Assembly (NCBI GenBank): GCA_017434885.1
Contig: JAFSGE010000031.1
Span: 52,968-116,967 of the forward strand
Length of the DNA: 64,000 nt
Source: Lachnospiraceae bacterium
GTDB lineage: Bacteria > Bacillota > Clostridia > Lachnospirales > Lachnospiraceae
Direction of reading: 5' to 3'
Shown here: piece after piece, positions 17,825 to 27,121 of the stretch
How positions within the stretch are numbered: the first letter of the stretch is position 1
Layout: each line of letters opens with the position of its first letter
Notes under the pieces: model-generated
The model's database searches: none
The model's input: the letters and a program-made list of their open reading frames with translations, nothing else
Told to the model about the DNA's origin: nothing
Position numbers and translations under genes: made by a program

Positions 17825-19207
17825 GTGAAGCATCGCAGTGATATGAAAATTTTCATAGTAGGTGGCGGAAAAATCGGGCGTGTATTGGCTGGACAGCTTG
17901 TGCATGACGGTTATGAAATTACTGTAATTGATAAAGATGAAAATGTAGTAAACAGTCTTGGAAATTCCATGGATATTATCTGTTTGCAGGGAAACGGTGC
18001 ATCTTGTGCCACACTGCAGGATATGAGTGTGGAAAATGCTGATATTTTTATCGCAGTAACAGATTCTGACGAGATGAATATATTAAGCTGTCTGACAGCA
18101 CATATGTTAGGGGCAAAGCATACCATTGCTCGTATCAGGGATGTGGACTATGCAAGGCAATATAAGTTTTACAGAGACAGACTGGGGATTTCCATGATTA
18201 TTAATCCGGAACTTGCCACAGCAATGGAAATTTATCGTCTGCTCAGGTTTCCGTTAGCCACCAGGGTGGAAGTATTTGCAAAGAACAGAGCTGAACTTGT
18301 TGAAATGAGTTTGACAGGGGATAGCCCGCTTTGCGGAAAGTCTTTGATTGAGATTAATCAAAATATGGGCATTAATTTGCTGATATGTGCAGTTGTACGT
18401 GGAGATGAAGTTTTCGTTCCAAAGGGTAATACAGTGATTCATTCCGGTGATATTCTTTATATGACCGGTGCAGCGGAAGAGTTTAGAAAAGCCTTTAAAA
18501 AACTGAAACTACCTATTAAACCGTTACAGTCGGTTATGATAGCCGGAGGAGGCAGAATATCTTATTATCTGGCAGAACTGTTAACCCAACATGGTGCCAA
18601 AATAACAATAATTGAAAGAAATGAAGATGATGCAGTACGATTGGCAGAAGACTTGGCCGGAGCAAATGTAATTTGTGATGATGCACTTGCCTATTTTGAT
18701 ACGATGTCGCAATCAGATATTGATAATACGGACGCATTTATTGCGCTTACCGAAAATGATGAATACAATTTGGTGGCAGCGATGTTTGCAGAGTCGCAGG
18801 AAATCGGTAAGGTAGTATCCCGTATTAAGATGAAGTCCAGATTAAAGGTGCTTCCGTCAGACAGCAAGATATGTGTAACTTCCAGAGAGGATGTTGCAGC
18901 AGACCGTATTTTGGGCTATAGCCGTTCTCTTTTAAATGCAGGAGATAAGGATGCGGTAGAATCATTGTATCGCTTGATGGATGGAAAAATTGAGTTTATC
19001 GAGTTTAAGGTGGATGAAAAGGACAAAAATCTTGATATTCCGCTTAAAGAGTTAAATATGAAGAAAAATATGCTGCTTGGCTGTATTATCAGGGATAATA
19101 AGACTATTATTCCGCGAGGCGATGATTTGATCAAAGCAGGAGATACTGTGCTTGTGGCAACAATCAATCAGCAGATTGCCAGATTGGAAGATATTTTTGC
19201 ATTATAA
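17825..19207 (+). CDS. trkA: Trk potassium uptake system NAD-binding subunit TrkA (tandem RCK)
   Basis: There are two Rossmann motifs, 'IVGGGKIGRVLA' and 'IAGGGRISYYLA'. The GTG at 17825 has the RBS 'agaggga'. An alternative ATG lies at 17843. Confidence 0.9.
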   Translation: MKHRSDMKIFIVGGGKIGRVLAGQLVHDGYEITVIDKDENVVNSLGNSMDIICLQGNGASCATLQDMSVENADIFIAVTDSDEMNILSCLTAHMLGAKHTIARIRDVDYARQYKFYRDRLGISMIINPELATAMEIYRLLRFPLATRVEVFAKNRAELVEMSLTGDSPLCGKSLIEINQNMGINLLICAVVRGDEVFVPKGNTVIHSGDILYMTGAAEEFRKAFKKLKLPIKPLQSVMIAGGGRISYYLAELLTQHGAKITIIERNEDDAVRLAEDLAGANVICDDALAYFDTMSQSDIDNTDAFIALTENDEYNLVAAMFAESQEIGKVVSRIKMKSRLKVLPSDSKICVTSREDVAADRILGYSRSLLNAGDKDAVESLYRLMDGKIEFIEFKVDEKDKNLDIPLKELNMKKNMLLGCIIRDNKTIIPRGDDLIKAGDTVLVATINQQIARLEDIFAL

Positions 19208-19223
19208 TTCGTAGGTAGGAAAA

Positions 19224-20660
19224 ATGAATAAGCGGAAAATAGCAAGTATTATCGGGAAAATTATATTAATTGAGGCGGTACTTATGATACCGTCCTTGAT
19301 TGTAGCACTTATTTATGGTGACGGGGATGCATCTGCATTTTTATGGACGATTATTCCGGCACTGATAATCGGACTTTTGCTCTCACATATTAAGCAGTCT
19401 GAAAAAAGGATGAGTAGCAGAGACGGATATTTTATCGTTGCTGCTGCATGGATTATTATATCATTAATTGGCGCAGTGCCGCTTTATTTGGCAGGAGGTT
19501 TCGAATCCTATATCGGAGCGCTGTTTGAAATTGTATCAGGATTTACAACTACAGGAGCGTCTGTTTTGACAGAACCGGCAGATTTGGGACATGGTATTAT
19601 TTTTTGGAGAAGCTTTACACATTGGATAGGCGGTATGGGCGTTCTGGTGTTTGTACTAATGGTAATGCCTATGGAAAATGATAATTCCATGCATTTGGTA
19701 AGGGCAGAAGTGCCGGGACCTACAGCCGGAAAACTTGTGCCGAGAATGCGTACAACATCCATGATTCTTTATGGTATTTATGCTGCGATGACAGTTATTT
19801 TGGTTGTCTTATTGCTGATGGGGAAAATGCCTTTGTTTGATAGCTTCTGTATTGCGTTCGGTACGGCAGGAACCGGTGGCTTTGGTGTGAATGCGGCAGG
19901 CATAGGCGGATATGGCAGTGCATACTTAGAAATTGTTATTGGTATATTTATGTTACTGTTTGGTATTAATTTTAATTTGTATCATTTACTTTTGTTAGGG
20001 AAAGTGCGTGAGGTTTTTAAATCGGAAGAAGCAAAAGTATATCTTGGAGTGGTTACATTAGCAACGGTTGCAATTACTCTTAATATTTTAGGACAGACGC
20101 AAAGTTTTGCGAAAGCACTGAGGGAAGCTTTTTTTCAAGTGGCAAGTATTATTACAACGACAGGATTTTCTACTGTGGATTATAATTTTTGGCCGGAGTT
20201 TTCTAAGCATACTCTGGTGCTTTTAATGGTACTTGGGGCCTGTGCCGGTTCCACGGGTGGCGGTATGAAAATTTCCAGGGTAATTATTCTTGTAAAGTCT
20301 TTATTTGCTGAAATAAAACAGATTATTACACCTAGAGCCATAGTAACAGTGAGACTTGATGGGAAAACTGTGAACAAACAAACTTTGAATTCTACCAGAA
20401 TTTATGCGGCAGCATATCTGATTTTGGTTTGTGTATTTACGTTGGTGCTGTCGCTTGATGGGCTTGATTTGACGACTAATATTACAGCAGTACTTGCCTG
20501 TTTTAATAATATCGGTCCCGGACTTGGACTTGTAGGTCCGGCGGCCAATTTTAGTGTATATTCTGATTGGGCACAGCTTTGGCTTTCATTGGCTATGCTG
20601 ACAGGACGATTGGAAATTTTTCCGATGTTCTTATTATTTGCCAGATCAGCACATGAATAA
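19224..20660 (+). CDS. trkH: Trk potassium transporter membrane subunit TrkH
   Basis: 478-aa polytopic protein with selectivity-filter-like repeats 'TTTGAS', 'GTAGTGGF', 'TTTGFS' and 'GSTGGGMK'. It lies 16 nt after trkA. Confidence 0.9.
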   Translation: MNKRKIASIIGKIILIEAVLMIPSLIVALIYGDGDASAFLWTIIPALIIGLLLSHIKQSEKRMSSRDGYFIVAAAWIIISLIGAVPLYLAGGFESYIGALFEIVSGFTTTGASVLTEPADLGHGIIFWRSFTHWIGGMGVLVFVLMVMPMENDNSMHLVRAEVPGPTAGKLVPRMRTTSMILYGIYAAMTVILVVLLLMGKMPLFDSFCIAFGTAGTGGFGVNAAGIGGYGSAYLEIVIGIFMLLFGINFNLYHLLLLGKVREVFKSEEAKVYLGVVTLATVAITLNILGQTQSFAKALREAFFQVASIITTTGFSTVDYNFWPEFSKHTLVLLMVLGACAGSTGGGMKISRVIILVKSLFAEIKQIITPRAIVTVRLDGKTVNKQTLNSTRIYAAAYLILVCVFTLVLSLDGLDLTTNITAVLACFNNIGPGLGLVGPAANFSVYSDWAQLWLSLAMLTGRLEIFPMFLLFARSAHE

Positions 20661-20686
20661 AAAATATGCAGAAGAGTAAAGAGGCT

Positions 20687-20718
20687 AAAACCACCGGAAC
20701 AATTGTCCGGTGGTTTTT
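20687..20718 (+). terminator. Rho-independent terminator after trkH
   Basis: The stem 'accaccgga'/'tccggtggt' is followed by a T5 run. Confidence 0.85.
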
Positions 20719-20767
20719 AATCATGAATGAGAAATTTTGATTACTTATTATTTCATTTAACAAAGTG

Positions 20768-21886
20768 TCAATCGGCTAATACGTTTCTGACATATTCTAC
20801 AGAAATCCGTAATTCATCAGCTATCTCCTGTTGGGTTTTGTTTTTACTGTGTAGCTTAAAAATATCACGTTCAGTTTTAGTGGTGTCCAGTTCTGTTTTG
20901 GTAGTGTCTAATTCTGTTCTCATGGCATTTAGCTCTGTGTTTGTCCGAGAAAGTTCTTCTTGGGCTTCTTCAATCATAAGTCGTTCTAAATTTCTATCCA
21001 TAATATATAATTCTTCTGATAACATATCAATCAACTCCTTCGGTTTGTTGACAAAATCGGTTATTTCCTGATAAATAGTGGCAAAGCAAGGGAAACTTTT
21101 TATCAGCATATGAATGTCAGTAGGACTAGTGGTGCTTAAGAAAGTAAGCCAGGCATCTAAAACATTACTGTTTTTAGTTATATTATGTACTGCGGAATGA
21201 AAACTGTCAAGGCAAATAAAGATGTCTTCATGTAAACCTGAATTTTGAGGATAAATGCCTGTATCAAAGTATGTTCTCCGCCGATGAATATATTTTTCTG
21301 CGACAGAATGAAATTCGCTTGGGCTTTGTTCCATAATAATAATGCTATATACTTTTTGTAAGGCATTGAATGTGAACTTCTTTCCAAGAGTAGCTTTTTT
21401 ATCCGCATATTGGCGCATGATAATATCAGAAATATAGCAATCTGCCCTTGCGAGAGGAAAGCTGTAACCAATTTTTTTCATTTCGACATTGGCATAGGAA
21501 CCATCATCCAAATGCACAAGGATGTCCATGACAACAAAGCTTGTACCTTCCTTCATTTGTGTACCTTCACGTGGTATGATCTGAAGGATTTTAATGTTAT
21601 GTCCCAGGATGGCAGATAGTAATGATTCCAGACGTTTGAGCCCCTGTTCTCTTTTGGGATGAAAAACTTTTTGAAAGACGGAGTCGTAAGTGATTTTTAA
21701 CCCCTGCTTTCCAAGACAGAAATTTATCAGATTTTGTTGCATGTCTTGCGGCAACTGCAGATAATTTTCCCATGCACAGGGAATGCTCTTAAAATGCGCT
21801 TCGGCGTCTTTTCTTGTAGCAAAAGATGGGAGCGGTAATGTGTGGACAAATTGCTTGTCCGGGTAAATAGATGTGTTTTTTGACAT
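20768..21886 (-). CDS. Rpn-family / PD-(D/E)XK nuclease 'putative transposase' with C-terminal heptad repeats and a terminal HTH-like tail
   Basis: 372 aa. The N-terminal two-thirds match the PDDEXK_2-type proteins that are abundant in Clostridia ('VVMDILVHLDDGSYANVEMKKIGY'). The C-terminus is '...TNTELNAMRTELDTTKTELDTTKTERD...' followed by 'QQEIADELRISVEYVRNVLAD'. Confidence 0.75.
   Translation of the reverse strand: MSKNTSIYPDKQFVHTLPLPSFATRKDAEAHFKSIPCAWENYLQLPQDMQQNLINFCLGKQGLKITYDSVFQKVFHPKREQGLKRLESLLSAILGHNIKILQIIPREGTQMKEGTSFVVMDILVHLDDGSYANVEMKKIGYSFPLARADCYISDIIMRQYADKKATLGKKFTFNALQKVYSIIIMEQSPSEFHSVAEKYIHRRRTYFDTGIYPQNSGLHEDIFICLDSFHSAVHNITKNSNVLDAWLTFLSTTSPTDIHMLIKSFPCFATIYQEITDFVNKPKELIDMLSEELYIMDRNLERLMIEEAQEELSRTNTELNAMRTELDTTKTELDTTKTERDIFKLHSKNKTQQEIADELRISVEYVRNVLAD
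20871..20954. repeat. Four tandem 21-nt units encoding the heptad repeats of the Rpn-like protein
   Basis: The units are 'tcagttttagtggtgtccagt', 'tctgttttggtagtgtctaat', 'tctgttctcatggcatttagc' and 'tctgtgtttgtccgagaaagt'. Confidence 0.7.
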
Positions 21887-22134
21887 GTAATGTCCTCCTT
21901 AAGATATGATTTTGTTTTTTCAAGGGAAATGATTTGAAACAAAAAGATAAAATAGAAAAATAGAATCAATCAAGAACCTTTGAAAAAGTGTAAAATTTAT
22001 TGTAAAACCGATTATAGCAAATGTGAGAATTATTTGCAATCACTATTTATGATTTTTTCAGCAGAGTAATATACATTCCATTTACCCAAAGATGAATATG
22101 TGTCGGAGAAATAGTAAAGTGTCATAGAAGTAAA

Positions 22135-22275
22135 AATCCCCGGGCATCCCATAATTCCGTAAGAAGTCCTTTAAAAAACGCCGATGCTTGGCGAGGTTCT
22201 ATCGAGCCTAGCAGTCGTTGCGTTTTTTTAGAGCGGGAGCGTGACGACGTCGGAATTATGGGATGTCCGGGGATT
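22135..22275. repeat. 141-nt compound palindrome: a 25-bp outer stem enclosing a nested A-tract/stem/T-tract hairpin; probable buk terminator or MITE-like element
   Basis: 'aatccccgggcatcccataattccg' (22135-22159) pairs with 'cggaattatgggatgtccggggatt' (22251-22275) at 24 Watson-Crick pairs plus one G-T. The inner hairpin is 'aaaaaacgccgatgcttgg...cctagcagtcgttgcgttttttt'. Read on the minus strand, the outer stem is followed by TTTTTA, 17 nt after the buk stop. Confidence 0.6.
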
Positions 22276-22292
22276 ATACTATCTAAAACAAA

Positions 22293-23360
22293 CTAATATT
22301 TCATAGCCTCTTCTTCACCATTCATAACACGGAGTGCACCCTGCACCAATGCAAGAAGCTCATCTTCACCGGGATATACGGTGAAAGGAGCGATAAATCC
22401 GGCTCTTTCCTGTATCTTATCTACTACAATTTTATTGTAAGCAATACCGCCTGTTACGATAATCTGGTCTACTTTACCGTTTAATACACAGGCCATGGAA
22501 CCGATATCTTTGGCTACCTGCAGAATGAAAGCTTCACGGATTTCTGCTGCTTTTTCATTACCTTCATCAACCATCTTGCCTACTTCACGCATATCGTTGG
22601 TGCCAAGGTAAGCATTGAAACCACCACCACCGACTAATTTCTTGTAAACTTCTTTTTCTGTATACTGACCGGAAAAGCACATCTTAATGAGTGCACCTAC
22701 AGGAACGCCGCCTGCTCTTTCGGGAGAGAAAGCTCCGTCACCGTCAAGTGCATTAAATACGTCAATGATACGTCCCTTTTCATGAGCACCTACGGAAACA
22801 CCGCCGCCCATATGAACTACGATTAAGTTCAGGGATTCGTAAGGAATGTTCTGTTCTTTTGCATAGCGCTTTGCAACTGCCTTCTGATTCAGTGCGTGGA
22901 ATACGCTGGTACGGGGCATTTCGGGAACACCGGAGTATCTTGCGATAGGCATCAGTTCATCAACAACAACGGGGTCAACGATGTAAGAGGGAACACCGAT
23001 AGAGTCACCGATTTCTCTTGCAAGGATACCGCCCAAGTTGGAAGCGTGCTGTCCCTGCTTGCCAATCTTTAAATCTTCAAGCAAATCATCGGTTACGGCA
23101 TAGGTGCCGCCGGGAATGGGCTTTAACATACCACCGCGGCCTACGATAACCTGTAAGGAATTGATGTCGAAGTCTTTCTTTGCAAGTAAGTCAAGAATAA
23201 TCTGCTTACGGAAATCCTTCTGGTCTACGATAGAAGCGTACTGTGCGATTTCTTCGGTAGAGTGACGAAGGGTTTCTTCGAATAATAAGGTTTCATCTTC
23301 AAAAACACCGATTTTGGTGGAAGTGGAACCGGGATTGATAATCAAGCTTTTGATAGACAT
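22293..23360 (-). CDS. buk: Butyrate kinase
   Basis: 355 aa. '[15 protein letters not shown]', '[13 protein letters not shown]' and 'ERAGGVPVG' are typical of the acetate/butyrate kinase (ASKHA) family, and the length fits Buk. It is adjacent to ptb. Confidence 0.92.
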   Translation of the reverse strand: MSIKSLIINPGSTSTKIGVFEDETLLFEETLRHSTEEIAQYASIVDQKDFRKQIILDLLAKKDFDINSLQVIVGRGGMLKPIPGGTYAVTDDLLEDLKIGKQGQHASNLGGILAREIGDSIGVPSYIVDPVVVDELMPIARYSGVPEMPRTSVFHALNQKAVAKRYAKEQNIPYESLNLIVVHMGGGVSVGAHEKGRIIDVFNALDGDGAFSPERAGGVPVGALIKMCFSGQYTEKEVYKKLVGGGGFNAYLGTNDMREVGKMVDEGNEKAAEIREAFILQVAKDIGSMACVLNGKVDQIIVTGGIAYNKIVVDKIQERAGFIAPFTVYPGEDELLALVQGALRVMNGEEEAMKY

Positions 23361-23393
23361 TTTTGATTCCTCCTGTTTGATAAAATAAATGTA

Positions 23394-24320
23394 TTATGCG
23401 TTTGCTTTTTTCATCTCTTCTGCCACAACAGCTGCAAGAGCAATGGAATTTACCTTGGTTTCAAAGGTGTCGGAACGGGAGGTAAGAATAACCGGAACTT
23501 TAGTTCCTGTTAAGATACAGCCGTTCTTTACACCGGGAACTGTATGTACCAGTGCCTTGTATACTAAATTTCCTGCATGAATGTCAGGGAAAAGAAGTAC
23601 ATCGGCATCGCCCTGAATCTTTCTGTCGGTAGCGCCTTTGTGAAGAGCAGCCTCCGGGTCAATGGCAAGGTCTAAAGAAAGAGGACCGTCAACGATGCAA
23701 CCGGTAATCTGACCTTCTGCATTCATTTTGGTAAGTTCTGCTGCTTCTACGGTTGCAGGCATTTTAGGATTTACTACTTCTACAGCTGCTAAAGGAGCAA
23801 CCTTAGGCATATCAATACCGCAAGCCTTGCAGACGGGAACGGTGTTATTAATAATGCTTACTTTATCTTCTAAGGTAGGGTAAGTCATAAATGCAACATC
23901 GGTTAAGAATAAAAGCTGAGGGGTTCCGGGAATGTCAAACACAGCTACGTGAGAGAGCGGGCTTCCGGTACGAAGACCAACTTCCTTGTCAAGAACACTT
24001 TTTAAGAAGTTCTTGGTGTCAACAAGTCCCTTCATATACATATCTGCCTTGCCGTCATGTGCAAGTTTTACAGCTGTGAGGGATGCCTGAATCATATCGG
24101 GTTCATCAATGATTTCAAAACCGGATACATCAATGCCGAGGGAAGCAGCGATTTCTTTAATCTTTGCTTCATCACCTACTAAGATTGCATTTGCAATGTT
24201 TCTTTCCTTGGCAGCCTGTACTGCTTCAAGGACAGCGGAATCCTGTGCCACAGCTACGGCAACGGTTTTCATTCCGCATTCACTGATTTTGGAAATAATG
24301 TCATCAAATCCTTTGTTCAT
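23394..24320 (-). CDS. ptb: Phosphate butyryltransferase
   Basis: 308-aa phosphate acetyl/butyryltransferase-family protein immediately upstream of buk, in the classical ptb-buk arrangement. Confidence 0.88.
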   Translation of the reverse strand: MNKGFDDIISKISECGMKTVAVAVAQDSAVLEAVQAAKERNIANAILVGDEAKIKEIAASLGIDVSGFEIIDEPDMIQASLTAVKLAHDGKADMYMKGLVDTKNFLKSVLDKEVGLRTGSPLSHVAVFDIPGTPQLLFLTDVAFMTYPTLEDKVSIINNTVPVCKACGIDMPKVAPLAAVEVVNPKMPATVEAAELTKMNAEGQITGCIVDGPLSLDLAIDPEAALHKGATDRKIQGDADVLLFPDIHAGNLVYKALVHTVPGVKNGCILTGTKVPVILTSRSDTFETKVNSIALAAVVAEEMKKANA

Positions 24321-24400
24321 TTTGTTTTACCTCTTACTGATATATTTGTTAAATTTATAACACAATTATCATCATAGCACATTTATAAGGAAATATCAAT

Positions 24401-25726
24401 CTATTTCATAAAGACAAAAGACTCCAGTTCAAACAATGCACGGCCTTCAAAGTATTGTGCGCCCCATCCTTCTGCAGTGCTTTTGGTCTTAAAGAAAATT
24501 GCATGACGTCCGGTGAGGTTTTTTACGGTGGTTCTGTAGATACCGCTGTCAAGACCGATATTACATTCGCCGATTTTTTCACCATTTTCATAATTATCAA
24601 CAAGAATCTCCAAAGTGGCGTAGCAGCCTAAGCCTTTTACCTTTGCGGAAAATTCCATGGTTTTGCTGCTGAAATCTTCACCGAAATCATAGTATTTATA
24701 ACCGATGATACATTCGTCCTGAATGTTTGTAATCATTCGTTCAAATTCATTTCGTTCGGTAATGATGGCACCGCCTTTCAATACACAGGCGATATCTGCT
24801 GGAGTCTGCTTATAAGGATTTAATGATTCTTCAAAGCCGAGAGAAGTCATTTCCACCTGGGGAATGGTGCCGTCTTCCAATATGTTGATTTTTTCCACAC
24901 AGCCTCTTCTGGAAAAGATGGTGCCGTTTGTCATGCGGTGATAAAAAATATACCACTGACCTTTGATACAGCAGATGGAACCGTGGTCATTACCGGCAGG
25001 ATAATCTACTCCATTGTCCACAATGATTCCGCGGTAGGTAAAGGGACCGGTTGGAGAATCGGAAGTGGCGTATACCAGTCTGTTTCCTGTTGTGGGAGAG
25101 TATATGAGATAGTAAGTGTCTCCTACTTTGCGAGGGGAACATGCTTCAAAGAAACAGAAGGGCTCTTCCACCGGGATAATATCTTTTTTAAAACTGCCTT
25201 CCACCATTTCGTACATATTGTCGCCGTTAAGCTCTGCCATATATGAACTTAAATAACCGCAGTAGACATAAACTCTGCCGTCATCGTCCACAAGTACGCC
25301 GGGGTCAATAAAAATACCTTCGTCAAAGCCTTCCGTGTTATCGGGAATGGAATATTGGTATTGGGACAGTAGCTTGAAAGGCCCTTCCGGCTTGTCTGCT
25401 ACAGCAACACAACCTTTGGCACCTACAATATAAGCATATAAGTAATATTTGCCGTCTTTTTCAACCACATCGGGGGCAAACAGACTATTGCCGGTCCAGT
25501 TTACATCTGATTTGTGGTCGCGGTCATCGGCAGTGTGGAAAATATCGCCGTGACATTGCCAGTTATTTAAGTCATCAACGGAAGCAGACCAGACTTTCAA
25601 TTTGTGGTCGCAAAACGTGTGGGAACCGACTCTGTCATGAGAACCGTAAACATAAACTCTGTTACCAAAAACACGGGGTTCGCCGTCTGGTATATATTCC
25701 CAGCCGGGTAGATAGGGATTTGCCAT
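24401..25726 (-). CDS. Glycoside hydrolase family 43 with a C-terminal beta-sandwich (CBM-like) domain
   Basis: The start is moved to 25726 (RBS 'aggagg'). 'NPYLPGWEYIPDGEPRVF', 'FAPDVVEKDGKYYLY' and 'WYIFYHR' match the GH43 five-bladed propeller signature. Confidence 0.85.
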   Translation of the reverse strand: MANPYLPGWEYIPDGEPRVFGNRVYVYGSHDRVGSHTFCDHKLKVWSASVDDLNNWQCHGDIFHTADDRDHKSDVNWTGNSLFAPDVVEKDGKYYLYAYIVGAKGCVAVADKPEGPFKLLSQYQYSIPDNTEGFDEGIFIDPGVLVDDDGRVYVYCGYLSSYMAELNGDNMYEMVEGSFKKDIIPVEEPFCFFEACSPRKVGDTYYLIYSPTTGNRLVYATSDSPTGPFTYRGIIVDNGVDYPAGNDHGSICCIKGQWYIFYHRMTNGTIFSRRGCVEKINILEDGTIPQVEMTSLGFEESLNPYKQTPADIACVLKGGAIITERNEFERMITNIQDECIIGYKYYDFGEDFSSKTMEFSAKVKGLGCYATLEILVDNYENGEKIGECNIGLDSGIYRTTVKNLTGRHAIFFKTKSTAEGWGAQYFEGRALFELESFVFMK

Positions 25727-25949
25727 AAAGATAACCTCCTGATAAATTGTCATTTTATAAACTTATTGTATAAAGGATGATGCAGGCTGTCTATTCGTAT
25801 TTTGCGATTTGTTTACTAATTTTTTACTATTTATGAATCTTTTTGTTATAGTCAGCGACAGGGAATGAATGGTATAATGAGCGAGAAGGAAAATGGCAGA
25901 ATGAAGTGACAGCATCAAAGATTATAAAGCAGAGAGGTATGGTTTATTT

Positions 25950-27086
25950 ATGGAGAAAAGAAAATTAGAAAAACTGGGAATTGAGACTTCACTTTTAGGA
26001 TTTGGCTGTATGCGTTTCCCCACAACTTCCGAGGGGAAAATAGATGAGCCTAAAGCAGAGGAGATGATTGATAAAGCCATTGCAGCAGGCGTCAACTATA
26101 TTGACACGGCATACCCTTATCATGATAAACAAAGTGAACCTTTTGTAGGAAAGGTATTAAAGAAATATCCAAGAAATTCTTTTTATCTTGCAACGAAACT
26201 TCCGGTTTGGCTAGTAGAAACGAAGACGGATATTGAACGGATTTTTGAAGAACAGCTTGAAAGACTGCAGACAGACTACATTGATTTTTATTTATTGCAT
26301 GCTATGAATAAAGAGCGTTTTGATAAAATGAAAGAAATTGGTTGTATGGATGTGTTGGAAGCAAAAAGAGCCGAAGGAAAAATTAAGTACATCGGTTTTT
26401 CGTTCCATGACAGCTATGAAGTGTTTGAAGAAGCAATTGGTGAGAGAGAGTGGGATTTCTGCCAGATTCAGTTAAACTACATGGATGCGGATGAACAGGC
26501 AGGATTAAAAGGATATGAGCTTGCAGCATCAAAAGGGATTCCTGTGGTGGTAATGGAACCCATAAAAGGCGGCTCTTTGGCTTCTTTTGCTGAGGATATT
26601 ACAAGTGAATTTAAGAGACTGGATGCGGATGCTTCGGTAGCTTCTTTTGCCCTGCGATGGGTGGGAAGCCTTCCGGGAATTAAGGTGATTCTCAGCGGTA
26701 TGTCTACCATGGAACAGGTGGAGGACAATTTAAAGACGTTTGGTGAATTTAAACTTTTGTCAGCAGAAGAAAAAGAAACCATCGATAAAGTGGTGGAAAC
26801 CTTGAACAGTCGTATTCAGAACGGCTGTACAGGCTGCCGTTATTGTATGCCTTGTCCCGCAGGTGTGGATATTCCGGCCTGTTTTAGTGCATGGAATACC
26901 TACCACATGTACCAAAATTATAATGCGGTAAGCTGGAAGTGGGAGCATGACATCGGACAGGAAAAGCAGGCGAAGAATTGCGTGAAGTGTGGCAAGTGTG
27001 AGGCAGTATGCCCGCAGAAGATTTCCATAAGAAAAGATCTTGAAAAGGTGCAGAAGGACTTGGAAGAGAAGAAATTTATCTTTTAG
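25950..27086 (+). CDS. Aldo/keto reductase with a C-terminal 4Fe-4S cluster-binding extension
   Basis: 'LGFGCMRFP', 'NYIDTAYPYH' and 'IDFYLLH' are AKR motifs. The C-terminus has 'CTGCRYCMPCPAG' and 'CVKCGKCEAVCP'. Confidence 0.85.
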   Translation: MEKRKLEKLGIETSLLGFGCMRFPTTSEGKIDEPKAEEMIDKAIAAGVNYIDTAYPYHDKQSEPFVGKVLKKYPRNSFYLATKLPVWLVETKTDIERIFEEQLERLQTDYIDFYLLHAMNKERFDKMKEIGCMDVLEAKRAEGKIKYIGFSFHDSYEVFEEAIGEREWDFCQIQLNYMDADEQAGLKGYELAASKGIPVVVMEPIKGGSLASFAEDITSEFKRLDADASVASFALRWVGSLPGIKVILSGMSTMEQVEDNLKTFGEFKLLSAEEKETIDKVVETLNSRIQNGCTGCRYCMPCPAGVDIPACFSAWNTYHMYQNYNAVSWKWEHDIGQEKQAKNCVKCGKCEAVCPQKISIRKDLEKVQKDLEEKKFIF

Positions 27087-27121
27087 CAGAAGAATCAGTG
27101 ATAAAGAAAAGGAGACTAACT

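Noticed and set aside
20727-21071. 114-aa + strand ORF with 'SVLVVSSSVLVVSNSVL' repeats
   Set aside because: It is the antisense reading of the heptad-repeat region of the Rpn-like gene, so the repeats are inherited from that gene.
22293-24320. ptb-buk considered as an unusual finding
   Set aside because: This is a canonical, well-described gene pair in butyrate- or branched-chain-acid-forming Firmicutes, so it is listed only as features.
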